From assembly GCA_965140445.1 (NCBI GenBank), contig OZ223236.1:2688001-2752000 (forward strand): a stretch of DNA of 64,000 nucleotides, given 5' to 3'. The stretch comes from Candidatus Ozemobacteraceae bacterium (GTDB lineage: Bacteria; Muiribacteriota; Ozemobacteria; Ozemobacterales; Ozemobacteraceae). Positions 35,829 through 45,953 of the stretch are shown here, piece by piece (the stretch's first letter is position 1; each line of letters starts with the position of its first letter). The position numbers and the translations under genes were made by a program. The notes under the pieces are model-generated. The model did no database searches. It saw only the letters and a list, made by a program, of their open reading frames with translations, and was not told the DNA's origin.

Positions 35829-38800
35829 ATGCCCAGAGACGAAGTTTTTTCAGTATTCAAAAAGTATAAAAACGACAGTGAAATTTTTCATGATCTAATG
35901 CGTTTTAAGGTCAGAGAAATTCTTCTTATAGCAACAATTTATGACGCCTTTACTCTGGAACAAGATGGACTATTGGCCGAGAAAATTTTTGGTGAGTATT
36001 ACCAACTCAATCTCACCAGCGCACCCAGAATTACGTCTGTAGCATCTACTGAGGATGCTATTGATTTACTTGAAGAGCGCCCCTTTGATATGGTTGTAGT
36101 TCTTAGTCGCTTTAACAAAGTAGAATCGTTATTTTCTGCTGAATTGATAAAAGATAAATGGCCAGATTTGCCGATTATGCTGCTTTTAAATGATAATGCT
36201 GAATTAGGCTTTATCAGCCAAAAAAGTGAGCTTTTCAGGTTTTACGACAATGTTTTTGTTTATAACGGGAATTCTGAAATCTTCCTGGCAATGATCAAAT
36301 ATGTAGAAGATATTAAAAACGCTGATAATGATACTGCTGTCGGAGATGTGAGGATAATTTTACTGGTTGAAGATTCAGTCAGATATTATTCAAGATATCT
36401 TCCGCATCTTTATTCTGAGCTAATCAGACAAACAACCAAGCTTGTTGAAGAAGAATTGCAGGATGAAACTAAAAAAGTTTTAAAAATGCGTTGCAGACCT
36501 AAGATCATCCTTGCAACCAATTACGAAGAGGCATTGGAATGGTTTGAATATTACAAGGATTACATGCTTTGCGTAATCACCGATATTAAATACCGCAAGG
36601 ACGGAATTCTTGATGATAGGGCTGGAATTAAGCTGACACAACTTTTGAAAGAGCTGAATCCGGATCTTCCTGTATTGATTCAGTCTTCTGAACCAGACAT
36701 GGAAAAAGCAGCGAAGGAGTTGGGCGTTTCCTTTTTGCACAAAGATTCGTTGTTTCTTTCCAAAAAATTGACGAGGTTTTTCCATCGAAATCTTGGATTC
36801 GGAGATTTTGTTTTTAGAAATGAGAGTGGTCAGGAAATTACCAGGGCCAGGACCATGGCAGACTTCAGAAGTTGCTTGAAAAAAGTTCCAATTGAGTCAA
36901 TTAAATTCCATGCAAGTCGAAATCATTTCTCAACCTGGCTTCTTGCTCGCGGTGAAGTCCAGACGGCCAAAGTTGTTTCTAAAATTCATTTTACGGATTT
37001 CGGAACTATTGAAGAGCTGCGGGATTTTTTGATTAACATGGGAAACTGGGTTTTCCGAATGAAGACCCGTGGAAAAGTAATTTCATTCAATAAAGCTTTT
37101 ATCGGTGATGGAAGACATATCTGCAGATTGGCAGAAGGTTCGTTGGGCGGTAAGGGGCGTGGAATTGCCTTCATGAATTATCTTTTATGTAATTCTGGTT
37201 TATCTGAAACAATTCCTGAAATTTCTATCAAGATTCCCAAAACTCTTGTAATCGGGATTGATGAATTTAGCGTATTTCTGGAAACAAATAATCTTGCTGA
37301 CTATGTGGCTCAAGAGAGGGATTACAATAAGATTAAGGAACGATTTCTTGCAGGTAGTTTAACAGAAGAGCTTGTAAGTAGATTAAAAACAGTTATAGAT
37401 GAAATACGTGCGCCGATTGCGGTTAGATCCTCCGGGGTTCTTGAAGATGCCGTTTCTCACCCACTTTCAGGGCTCTACGAAACTTTTTTTCTACCCAATA
37501 ATGATCCTGATAAAACGGTTCGACTTGGCCAGCTTTGTGATGGGATAAAACTGGTTTTTGCCTCTGTTTATTCGCGAGAAGCACGGGAATATTTTGAGGC
37601 AATTAACTATAACATCGAAGAAGAAAAGATGGCGATTGTTATTCAGGAAGTTGTAGGGCGAAAGTATGGCGATAGATTTTATCCATCCTTCTCTGGGGTT
37701 GCCCAGTCATATAACTACTACCCGTTTTCATATATAAAACCAGAAGATGGTGTCTGTATAGCCGCTATGGGTTTGGGAAGATATGTGGTTGGTGGCGAGA
37801 AGTCTTTTCGTTTTTGCCCGGCCTATCCTAAGCTTGAGATTTTAACTCCAGAGGAGCTGGTTAAAAATTCCCAAAAAAAATTCTACTCCCTGGATTTAAC
37901 CAATGATGGATTAGATTTAATCAATGGTGAAGATGCAACTTTGGAAAAGCTCGACATTAGAGTTGGTGAAACAGACGGAGTCCTGCAAAGGCTAGCTTCG
38001 ACGTGGAATCATCTGGATCAAAGGCTTGAAATAGGTACAGAGGGAAGGGGACCAAGGGTAATTAACTTTGCGGAAATACTTCAGTATGAATCATTTCCTA
38101 TTGCCAGAGTTGTTCAGCAAATTCTGGAAGTATCTGGCGAAGCCATGGAAAGCCCTGTAGAAATAGAGTTTGCAGTTGATCTTGAGAATTCTGAAGAAGG
38201 AAAGCCCACCTTTTACATGCTTCAACTTAAGCATATGTTTAGGGAAACTGATGAATGCAACGTTTTCATGGAATGTGTGGATAAGGAAAAGCTAATGCTT
38301 TTCTCCAATCAGGGCATGGGCAATGGACGAATTGAAGGTATCTCTGATGTGATTTGGGTCGATCCGGATAAGTTTGATAAATCAAAAACTGAAGAGATGG
38401 CTCAGGAAGTCGAGAAGCTTAATCTTAAAATGAAAGAAGAAGGCAAGAAATATATCCTACTTGGGCCAGGCCGTTGGGGTACAAGAGATCGCTGGCTTGG
38501 AATACCTGTTAGCTGGCCACAAATTTCTTGTGCAAAAGTTATTGTTGAATATGGCTTGGAAGATTTTAGAGTAGATGCTTCAATGGGGTCTCATTTTTTC
38601 CATAATGTAACCTCAATGAATATTGGATACTTTTCTGTTGCACAGGATTCCGGTGATGGAAAAATTGATTGGACTTGGCTGAAACAGCAGAAAATTGTGG
38701 ACCAGGGAAAATTCTTTGTCCATTCAAAAGTTCAGAACGATGTTGCAGTAATTATGGATGGCCGAAAAGGATTGTTTGTAATTTATAAAAAAGCCGAAGA

Positions 38801-38861
38801 TTCCGTAGAAATGGAGGCTTGCGAGGTTGACATAAAGGCTGTTCAAGGTGTTCTGGATTGA
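35829..38861 (+). CDS. Receiver-domain-containing PEP synthase/PPDK N-terminal (ATP-grasp)-like protein
   Basis: REC-like ILLVED...VITD...QSS...HK; GGKGRG, AVRSS..ED, MAIVIQEVVG, VEIEFA, LQ; C-terminal GSHFFHN. Confidence 0.85.
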   Translation: MPRDEVFSVFKKYKNDSEIFHDLMRFKVREILLIATIYDAFTLEQDGLLAEKIFGEYYQLNLTSAPRITSVASTEDAIDLLEERPFDMVVVLSRFNKVESLFSAELIKDKWPDLPIMLLLNDNAELGFISQKSELFRFYDNVFVYNGNSEIFLAMIKYVEDIKNADNDTAVGDVRIILLVEDSVRYYSRYLPHLYSELIRQTTKLVEEELQDETKKVLKMRCRPKIILATNYEEALEWFEYYKDYMLCVITDIKYRKDGILDDRAGIKLTQLLKELNPDLPVLIQSSEPDMEKAAKELGVSFLHKDSLFLSKKLTRFFHRNLGFGDFVFRNESGQEITRARTMADFRSCLKKVPIESIKFHASRNHFSTWLLARGEVQTAKVVSKIHFTDFGTIEELRDFLINMGNWVFRMKTRGKVISFNKAFIGDGRHICRLAEGSLGGKGRGIAFMNYLLCNSGLSETIPEISIKIPKTLVIGIDEFSVFLETNNLADYVAQERDYNKIKERFLAGSLTEELVSRLKTVIDEIRAPIAVRSSGVLEDAVSHPLSGLYETFFLPNNDPDKTVRLGQLCDGIKLVFASVYSREAREYFEAINYNIEEEKMAIVIQEVVGRKYGDRFYPSFSGVAQSYNYYPFSYIKPEDGVCIAAMGLGRYVVGGEKSFRFCPAYPKLEILTPEELVKNSQKKFYSLDLTNDGLDLINGEDATLEKLDIRVGETDGVLQRLASTWNHLDQRLEIGTEGRGPRVINFAEILQYESFPIARVVQQILEVSGEAMESPVEIEFAVDLENSEEGKPTFYMLQLKHMFRETDECNVFMECVDKEKLMLFSNQGMGNGRIEGISDVIWVDPDKFDKSKTEEMAQEVEKLNLKMKEEGKKYILLGPGRWGTRDRWLGIPVSWPQISCAKVIVEYGLEDFRVDASMGSHFFHNVTSMNIGYFSVAQDSGDGKIDWTWLKQQKIVDQGKFFVHSKVQNDVAVIMDGRKGLFVIYKKAEDSVEMEACEVDIKAVQGVLD

Positions 38862-39739
38862 AGCTGATTAGATATTCAAAAATTGATGAAAATACTGGGA
38901 AATGCAGTTTAAAAAAGCTCTGTTTTTCTGCCTTGTTAGTTTCTTTTTGTTTTTTGTGCTTAGAGTCTGCTTCAGCAAACTATATAACTGACCAGATAAA
39001 TTCACTTCGGTCACAAATTAGAGACAAATTAAAGAAAACTCGCACCAACAAGGTCGTTCCTAAGATTCGCTTAAATAAAACATTGCCCACTCAAAATACT
39101 CAAACCCAAGCGGATGAACAAGATCAACAGATCAAGCAAAACTCTAAACTTCTGAAGATAAGGAAGCCTACCACTTCCAAAACGCCTTCCCAGAACCGTA
39201 GACTGAGAAAAATCACCGTGCAGCCGCGAACGGTTAAAACAGATGAAGCTACCAGGCGAATGAACAAATTGAGTCTATATAGCGGCACATTGCCCGTTGT
39301 TGAAGGCTGGAAACAATATCGAGATCGGGAGCATGGCTATCGTATTCAAGCCCCAGCCGACTGGAATTCGACTTTCCAAATCGAAGGAGCGGAACATTTA
39401 AGAACAATTTTGAGCTCAGATCAATTGATTGCATTAAGAGTTGTAAGTTCCATTTCAGACAGAGAAAAGAACCCGGAAGATCTTAGAAAATCCTTTGAAA
39501 AGGATCGATTTAAAGGGGCTAAACTAATTCAGGTAAATTCAGGAAACCTTGCAAATATCCCTTCTTCGACAGCGTTTTATTCAAATAATTATCAAGGATT
39601 GCCAGTAAATATTGTTGCAGTGTATTTGTTAAAAGATGGTTATAGTTATGTAATCTGGATAATGGTTCCTCAAGAGTTGCTTCAGCAAAGAAGCTCCGAA
39701 GCTGAATCTGTTCTTTCAACCTTTGAATTTGTCCAATAA
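38858..39739 (+). CDS. Exported protein with probable PsbP/Mog1-like C-terminal domain
   Basis: Hydrophobic N-terminus, basic linker, W..Y....GY.I..P..W and terminal STFEF. Confidence 0.55.
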   Translation: MKLIRYSKIDENTGKCSLKKLCFSALLVSFCFLCLESASANYITDQINSLRSQIRDKLKKTRTNKVVPKIRLNKTLPTQNTQTQADEQDQQIKQNSKLLKIRKPTTSKTPSQNRRLRKITVQPRTVKTDEATRRMNKLSLYSGTLPVVEGWKQYRDREHGYRIQAPADWNSTFQIEGAEHLRTILSSDQLIALRVVSSISDREKNPEDLRKSFEKDRFKGAKLIQVNSGNLANIPSSTAFYSNNYQGLPVNIVAVYLLKDGYSYVIWIMVPQELLQQRSSEAESVLSTFEFVQ

Positions 39740-39769
39740 TAATGGGAATTAATTAGCTGCTAAAAAATG

Positions 39770-39808
39770 AAAAAGAAAAAGCCCACTCTAATCAATAGAG
39801 CGGGCTTT
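39770..39808 (-). terminator. Terminator of gdhA (possibly bidirectional)
   Basis: On the minus strand AAAGCCCGCTCTA-loop-TAGAGTGGGCTTTTTC. Confidence 0.8.
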
Positions 39809-39824
39809 GATTTTATATTATAGC

Positions 39825-41159
39825 TTAAACAATTCCCTGATCCATCATTGCATTTGCAACTTTCATGAAACCGGCAATGTTTGCACCCTTAATGTAGTTA
39901 ACTCGATCACCTTCTTTTCCATGCTCTACACAAGCGGCATGAATCGAATGCATAATCTGTTTCAATCTAGCGTCTACTTCATTTTCAGTCCAGTTCAAGC
40001 GTTCACTGTTCTGAGTCATTTCGAGACCTGATACCGCAACTCCACCGGCATTAACAGCTTTTCCAGGAGCGAAAAGCATTTTTTCTGATGCAATTTTCGC
40101 AGCTTCGGCTGTGCAACCCATGTTGGAAACTTCAAGAATCATTTTACATCCATTTTCCAGAAGCTTATTAACATCGTTTTCGTCACACTCATTTTGTGTA
40201 GCGCATAGTAGAGCTATATCGCATTTAACACCCCAAGGTTTTTCGCCTTTGAAGAATTTTGCTTCTGGATATCTTTCTACGTAGTCTTCTGCCTGATCAT
40301 TGCAAGATGCGCGCATGTCGAGAAGGAAATCGCATTTTTCTTCTGTGAAACCAGCTTCATCAAGAACATATCCGTCAGGTCCGCTGATAGTAATGATTTT
40401 GGCACCTAATTCTAGAAGCTTTTTAATTGCGCCCCAGGAAACATTACCAAAACCTGAAACTGCAACAACCTTGTCTTTAAAGGTTTCGCCAATTCTTTCA
40501 AGCATGTCAATTCCAAAATAAACTGCGCCATAACCAGTAGCTTCAGGTCTGATAAGGCTTCCGCCCCAACCACGACCCTTACCAGTTAACACACCAGTAA
40601 ATTCGTTAGTCAATCTTTTGTATTGGCCATAAAGGTAGCCGATTTCTCGACCGCCAACTCCGATATCACCTGCAGGAACGTCTGTATTTGGACCAACGTG
40701 TCTATAAAGTTCTGTCATAAAAGATTGGCAGAATCTCATAATTTCGTTGTCAGAACGACCCTTAGGATTAAAATCTGATCCACCTTTTCCGCCACCCATA
40801 GGAAGGGTAGTGAGGGCGTTTTTGAAAAGCTGTTCAAAACCTAAGAACTTAAGAATGGAAAGGTTAACGCTTGGATGGAATCTCAAGCCACCTTTGTAAG
40901 GACCGATTGCGCTGTTAAATTGAACTCTATAACCTCTGTTTATCTGGACTTCACCTTTGTCATCCACCCAGGGTACCCTGAACATTACAACCCTTTCGGC
41001 TTCAGCGATTCTTTCAAGAATCTTGTTTTTAACCATTCTAGGATTCTTTTGATAAGTATCCCATACGGTTTCAACAACTTCGTGAACCGCCTGATGAAAT
41101 TCAGGTTCATTAGGATTTTTGGCTTTGATCATGTCCATAAATTCTGCGATTGTCTTCAT
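39825..41159 (-). CDS. gdhA: Glutamate dehydrogenase, hexameric NADP(H)-type
   Basis: GPYKGGLRFHP, MGGGKGGSDF, DVPAGDIG, RPEATGYG, PGKAVNAGGV; likely start ATG 41159. Confidence 0.95.
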   Translation of the reverse strand: MKTIAEFMDMIKAKNPNEPEFHQAVHEVVETVWDTYQKNPRMVKNKILERIAEAERVVMFRVPWVDDKGEVQINRGYRVQFNSAIGPYKGGLRFHPSVNLSILKFLGFEQLFKNALTTLPMGGGKGGSDFNPKGRSDNEIMRFCQSFMTELYRHVGPNTDVPAGDIGVGGREIGYLYGQYKRLTNEFTGVLTGKGRGWGGSLIRPEATGYGAVYFGIDMLERIGETFKDKVVAVSGFGNVSWGAIKKLLELGAKIITISGPDGYVLDEAGFTEEKCDFLLDMRASCNDQAEDYVERYPEAKFFKGEKPWGVKCDIALLCATQNECDENDVNKLLENGCKMILEVSNMGCTAEAAKIASEKMLFAPGKAVNAGGVAVSGLEMTQNSERLNWTENEVDARLKQIMHSIHAACVEHGKEGDRVNYIKGANIAGFMKVANAMMDQGIV

Positions 41160-41288
41160 TGTTCCTGTTCCTTTCATAATCAGAAGATTAACCCGGATCG
41201 AACTTCGGTCCATATGGAAAAAATAACATGGAAAATAGAACAATACAACTACTTTGTTAAAAATTTCTCAAAATAGCATGAGCCTCTG

Positions 41289-42257
41289 TTAAAGGGCGTT
41301 GAGGGAAGGAGCGGGAGCCAGTTTTTTTAAGAAATTTCTCTGAAAAAGGGCAGAAATTGGTTGTTGAAAAAACATGGCTACTAAAAGCGGGATACTGGCC
41401 TCAACTGGAAGATGTCCCATCGCAATAACCAAACCGCAACTGGTGTTTCGGATTCCGGTGCAATATACGCATGCAATAGATGCTTCTTTTGAAAAACCAA
41501 AAATCTTGGGAAAAAGCCAGCCTGTAAAGAACCCTGAAGCTACCAAAGCGAAGGCTAAAAAAATCAAGGACGGAGCGGCTGAAATCAGTGTTGAGGCCGT
41601 GGCTTGAGCCGTTGCAACGTTAACCACAATAACACCACAAAGTGCGATAGAAGATAGAGGGCCCAGCAAATGTTCCGACCTGGAATAAAATTTTCCCCCA
41701 GACAAATCATTTATTGTTAATCCGACCACAGAAGGTATTACGATCATTACCACAAGTGCTGTCATCATAGCCTGGTAGTTTATTGCCATGGATTTTCCAA
41801 CAAACATGTAAAGAACCAGAGAAACGGTTATTGGGCTAAGAAGTGTATCCAGAGTTGCCGCGGTTAAAGATAAAGCAACGTCACCTTTTGACATTCCGGT
41901 CCATATTACCGCAGTAATACCAACAGGAAGAGCTGCAGTAAGAATGAATCCTGCTATGAGGTGAGGGTTATCCGGGAAACCGATCTTTCCGATGAATTGT
42001 GCAATAAAAGGGAATAGGGCGTGCTGAAAAATAATAATAGTAATAAGGGGTAGGGGCTTTGAAAAAATGCCACCCAGATCTCTCCAGCTTGTTTTCAGAG
42101 ATGTAACAAGGGTCATGAAGCCAAACATCCATGGAACCCAGTTTCTGTATTGACTGAAGTATTCGCTCTTTCCCCAACCTAACAGCATTGCTGCCAGCAT
42201 GAAAAAAATAAGGTTTGAACTAAAAAAGTGATTAAGCTTTAAGCCGAGGTTTTTCAT
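41289..42257 (-). CDS. Bile acid:sodium symporter (BASS) family transporter
   Basis: Multiple TM helices, GDVALS..A.TL..P, GIRNT. Confidence 0.85.
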   Translation of the reverse strand: MKNLGLKLNHFFSSNLIFFMLAAMLLGWGKSEYFSQYRNWVPWMFGFMTLVTSLKTSWRDLGGIFSKPLPLITIIIFQHALFPFIAQFIGKIGFPDNPHLIAGFILTAALPVGITAVIWTGMSKGDVALSLTAATLDTLLSPITVSLVLYMFVGKSMAINYQAMMTALVVMIVIPSVVGLTINDLSGGKFYSRSEHLLGPLSSIALCGVIVVNVATAQATASTLISAAPSLIFLAFALVASGFFTGWLFPKIFGFSKEASIACVYCTGIRNTSCGLVIAMGHLPVEASIPLLVAMFFQQPISALFQRNFLKKLAPAPSLNAL

Positions 42258-42311
42258 AAGGTGTGTTCTGATGAAAGGCTAATTAGAAACCAACTAAAAG
42301 ACAAGCTTAAT

Positions 42312-43703
42312 TTATAGATTTCTCATCCAATCCTGTAAATCGTTTTGGAAACCACTGTAATCATTACCAGTAGCAGCTTCAATCGCCTGATTAAGGTCTT
42401 TTCCTTCTCCTAATGCTGCCAATACATCTTCAAGGCTGGACGTTCCATTTCTTTCTACCATGTACTTAACGGCTAAATAGGAAGTCAGATAGCCCATTGA
42501 AATATTTTTTCTTGAGCTTGAACCTATAAGTGAAGGAACCTGTGAAAGTTTGTAGAACTTTTTGTTGTCGATGATTTCATTTTGAAAGAGGCTCTCATAA
42601 TCTGGGCGTAAATCTTCACCGGAGCCATAAGCTGCTTTAAATTCCTGAAACTGTGCGATTCCTTCGTTCAACCACAATGGACAGCGGTTGTTGGTGCGAA
42701 GATGAATAATTGTATGGGTAAACTCATGGGCGAGCAAACCTTTAATATATTCCTGACTTTTGTAACCAGACTTCAGCGGAACCATGATTTTTATACCTTG
42801 AGCGGCGCCCGCAGACCAATCCTTATTAATTTTATAGTATTCATCAGTTAAGAAGAAAATGATATTGATTTTTACATCTGGGCTATATTGTAAGTCTCCA
42901 GTCACCTGGTCAAAAATTTCGTCCATCAATTCGTAAGTTACGTCTCCAAGATCTTCCTGGGAGTTTCCTGCAAAGTGAAAGATAAAACGTTGGCTTTCAT
43001 CACGAGTAAGTCCATCAGTAGAGGCCATCATTTCTTTGGCATTTGCGATTGCTTTTTCCAGAGCTGCTCTATTATTTTCATCTTTGGTAAGCAAAAGAGC
43101 TTTTTCCCATAAAGAAATGGCTTCTTCAAAGTTTTTCAACTCAAAATGGCACCGGCCCATTGAATACAACAAAAAGAACGAATTTTTTTCTGTTGCGTAA
43201 ACTTTATTGAAATAATCCAGAGCTTTTTCATACTGCATCAACTGAAGAGAAGTGATACCTGCTAATCCAAGTATCTGCAAATTGTCAGGCTTTTTATAAA
43301 CTCCATTTTCAAAATGTGTGAGTGCTTTTTCGTAGTTGCCTTTGATGTAAAGAAGATCACCCCAGGTTTTTTCAACATAAAAGTTTCCCGGAAGTAAGTC
43401 TGCAGCTTCATAAATTAGATCTTCATTACTTTTAAAAGGGAGAAGTCTTTGTAATGCTATTTTCTTAAGAATAAATGCTGCCAGATCTTGCTTGGAAGAC
43501 TGGGGAGCTCTTGTTGCATAAGCTAGTTTTCTTAGAGATTCAATTTTTTCATCCAGCTGTTGTCCTGGAGTGAAAAATTTCTTTATTTCTTTTTGAAGTT
43601 CGAGGGTCGCTGGTTCAAGCAATTCTCCAAACATCTCAAATTGCGCAAAAGCAGAAGTCGCGAAGAGGAACATCATAAATATGGTTAAAAAAAGTTTCTT
43701 CAT
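42312..43703 (-). CDS. Secreted TPR-repeat protein with peptidase MA-like (gluzincin) domain
   Basis: Signal peptide, TPR-like helices, HEFTH plus PLWLNEGIAQ. Confidence 0.85.
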   Translation of the reverse strand: MKKLFLTIFMMFLFATSAFAQFEMFGELLEPATLELQKEIKKFFTPGQQLDEKIESLRKLAYATRAPQSSKQDLAAFILKKIALQRLLPFKSNEDLIYEAADLLPGNFYVEKTWGDLLYIKGNYEKALTHFENGVYKKPDNLQILGLAGITSLQLMQYEKALDYFNKVYATEKNSFFLLYSMGRCHFELKNFEEAISLWEKALLLTKDENNRAALEKAIANAKEMMASTDGLTRDESQRFIFHFAGNSQEDLGDVTYELMDEIFDQVTGDLQYSPDVKINIIFFLTDEYYKINKDWSAGAAQGIKIMVPLKSGYKSQEYIKGLLAHEFTHTIIHLRTNNRCPLWLNEGIAQFQEFKAAYGSGEDLRPDYESLFQNEIIDNKKFYKLSQVPSLIGSSSRKNISMGYLTSYLAVKYMVERNGTSSLEDVLAALGEGKDLNQAIEAATGNDYSGFQNDLQDWMRNL

Positions 43704-43709
43704 ATATAA

Positions 43710-43753
43710 CTCCTACTCAAAAAATAACAAAAAAAGGTCGTTTTGAGTAGGAG
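43710..43753 (-). promoter_or_regulatory. Perfect 13-bp inverted repeat overlapping the RBS of the TPR-peptidase gene
   Basis: CTCCTACTCAAAA (43710-43722) and TTTTGAGTAGGAG (43741-43753). Confidence 0.6.
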
Positions 43754-43845
43754 AATTATGTAAATACAGGTTTTATTTTACATGTGCGCAAACAAAATAT
43801 ATCATGAAAAGATATTAAACCACAAAACACACATTGGAGCACCTG

Positions 43846-45846
43846 ATGAGAAGGAAGAATCTTAGAACTCTGCTACTGGTCTTTTTTGCTTTTTTTGCAA
43901 TTGTAACTTTCATTCATTTTAATGCAAAAGAAGCTGAAGGGAGAGCGGGAAGCGGGCAAAGATATTCATCTGGTAGATCTTCATATTCTGGTTCAAGCAG
44001 AAGTGGCAGAAGAGGCGGCGGTGGAGAAGGTATAATCTTTGAGCTTCTTATAAGGTTATGCTTTCACCATCCAATGATTGGAATACCACTATTAATCGTT
44101 TTTGCTATTGTGGTTTATAAAGGTCAAAATGAGGGGCGGGAGCAGTATACAGATTATGTTATCCGAAAAGGAAGCGGAATTAAGCAAAATTACAATTTTG
44201 ACGGTTTGTTTGAAGACTTAAAAAAGCGTGATTTGGCTTTTAACGAAAATCATTTTAATGAGAGAGTTAAAAAGGCCTTCGAAGCTATTCAAATGGGATG
44301 GTCTGATCGCAATCTGTCAAAAGCTCAGGCTTTCCTCTCTGACGGTGTTTTTGAACAATTTTCTATTCAACTTTCAGAAATGAAAGAAAAGAAAATCATA
44401 GACTTTATGTCTAATTTGCAGATAAAAAGGGTTCAGACGGTAGATGTTAATTCTGACAAAAATTTCGATGTGGTCCATGTCAAAATTGATGCGTCTGCTA
44501 TAAACTACAGAAAAGATGAAAAGACCGGGGCTTTTATCGAAGGCTCAAAGTCGCCGCAGGATTTTTCCGAAGTGTGGTCCTTTGTTAGAAAACCTGGGGC
44601 AAAAACCACCAGGAAGCCCGGTTTGGTTGAAGGACAGTGCCCTAACTGCGGAAATCCTATATCTATCGGGCGCGTTTCGAAATGTGATGTTTGTAATTCA
44701 CTTTTGAGATCTGGCGAATATGATTGGGTGCTTTCCGAAATTACTCAAACTTGCGAATGGGCCCCAGCCAGACTTAAAAATATTCCAGGCCTTGCTGAAT
44801 TGGTTAAAAAAGATCCAGGATTTAACACTCAACACCTTGAAGACAGGGTTACAGTTATTTTCTGGCGAATGATTTCCGCTCAACGTAAAGCAAATATTGA
44901 TCCTCTAAGAAAAGTTGCAGACGAACTATTTTGCTCCAGATTCAAAGCGGGCTTTAAACCGGACAACTCTGGAGTTCAGCGTTTTTATATTGATTGTGCT
45001 ATTGGTTCTGCAGAATTGCTCGGTATAAAGCTTGGCGAACCTTACGATAAGGCTTTTGTGGAAGTTGCCTGGAGTGGTTCGCCAGGATTTAAAGAAAAGG
45101 ACGGAAAAATCGCAAAAGCCGGTCAGCCAATAAACTTTCATCAGGTTTTTGCTCTAATTAGAAAGCCAAATGTAAAAACCAAAATAGCTGATTCTATGGC
45201 CAGTGCGCATTGTCCAGGCTGTGGTGCTCCGGAGCAAAGCTCTGAACAAAATCAATGCGAGTATTGCGGAATTGTTTTAAACGATGGTGCGAATGATTGG
45301 GTTCTTGAAAATGTGCTTACAAAAAGTGATGCCGAGGCCAGAGAGATTATTGCTGAATTGCAGAAAAACTCTCAAAAATCTGCTCCAAGACCAGAAAATT
45401 CTTTTACAAGTGCTCTTAATTCAAAAGTCCCTGCTGCAGCAAGACCTTCGAGTATTCCCCCGGCAGATATGATTCGGTTTATGATTGCAACAATGCTTAT
45501 CGATGGCCATATTGATGCTAAGGAAAATGCAATGATTGAAGATTTTGCAAATAAGAATAGCATTCCTAAGCCAAAACTCAGCCAGATTATCCAGGAAGTC
45601 AGATCTGATCGTGGTGCAATTGATGCCCTTATTGAAAAGGTTGGACAAGATCAGGGCGATGAATTGTTAAAGGCTTTAGGCAGGGTAGCTTTGGCCGACG
45701 GCAGATTGGCCAGCGAAGAAATAGATATGCTAAATCGTATCGGTAACAAGTTTGGTTTGAGCGGAGTTGATGTAAATATGCTTCTTAAGAAAGAAAGAGC
45801 CGCAATGTATCAAGAAGCTAAAGAACTCAGAAGGATGGCTAAATAG
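43846..45846 (+). CDS. Membrane protein with tandem Tim44-like/zinc-ribbon modules and C-terminal TerB-like domains
   Basis: GRAGSG Gly/Ser tail, TM helix, F....F...AF..IQ..W, EVWSFVR, CPNCG..CDVC, CPGCG..CEYC, DGHID..E, ADGRL..EE. Confidence 0.8.
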   Translation: MRRKNLRTLLLVFFAFFAIVTFIHFNAKEAEGRAGSGQRYSSGRSSYSGSSRSGRRGGGGEGIIFELLIRLCFHHPMIGIPLLIVFAIVVYKGQNEGREQYTDYVIRKGSGIKQNYNFDGLFEDLKKRDLAFNENHFNERVKKAFEAIQMGWSDRNLSKAQAFLSDGVFEQFSIQLSEMKEKKIIDFMSNLQIKRVQTVDVNSDKNFDVVHVKIDASAINYRKDEKTGAFIEGSKSPQDFSEVWSFVRKPGAKTTRKPGLVEGQCPNCGNPISIGRVSKCDVCNSLLRSGEYDWVLSEITQTCEWAPARLKNIPGLAELVKKDPGFNTQHLEDRVTVIFWRMISAQRKANIDPLRKVADELFCSRFKAGFKPDNSGVQRFYIDCAIGSAELLGIKLGEPYDKAFVEVAWSGSPGFKEKDGKIAKAGQPINFHQVFALIRKPNVKTKIADSMASAHCPGCGAPEQSSEQNQCEYCGIVLNDGANDWVLENVLTKSDAEAREIIAELQKNSQKSAPRPENSFTSALNSKVPAAARPSSIPPADMIRFMIATMLIDGHIDAKENAMIEDFANKNSIPKPKLSQIIQEVRSDRGAIDALIEKVGQDQGDELLKALGRVALADGRLASEEIDMLNRIGNKFGLSGVDVNMLLKKERAAMYQEAKELRRMAK

Positions 45847-45884
45847 AATTTGCCTTTTTAATTAAGGGCTTTTTTAAACTGTAG

Positions 45885-45930
45885 AAAAAAGAAATCCGCC
45901 GATTCAAATTATGAATCGGCGGATTTTTTT
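45885..45930. terminator. Bidirectional terminator ending the chaperone operon and the Tim44-like gene
   Basis: Perfect 15-bp stem AAATCCGCCGATTCA/TGAATCGGCGGATTT flanked by A- and T-runs. Confidence 0.92.
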
Positions 45931-45953
45931 ATCGGGCTATCTCTGCTTGGTAA

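Noticed and set aside
35829..38861. Annotation as a true PEP synthase (ppsA) or PPDK
   Set aside because: No C-terminal PEP/pyruvate-binding barrel motifs are present
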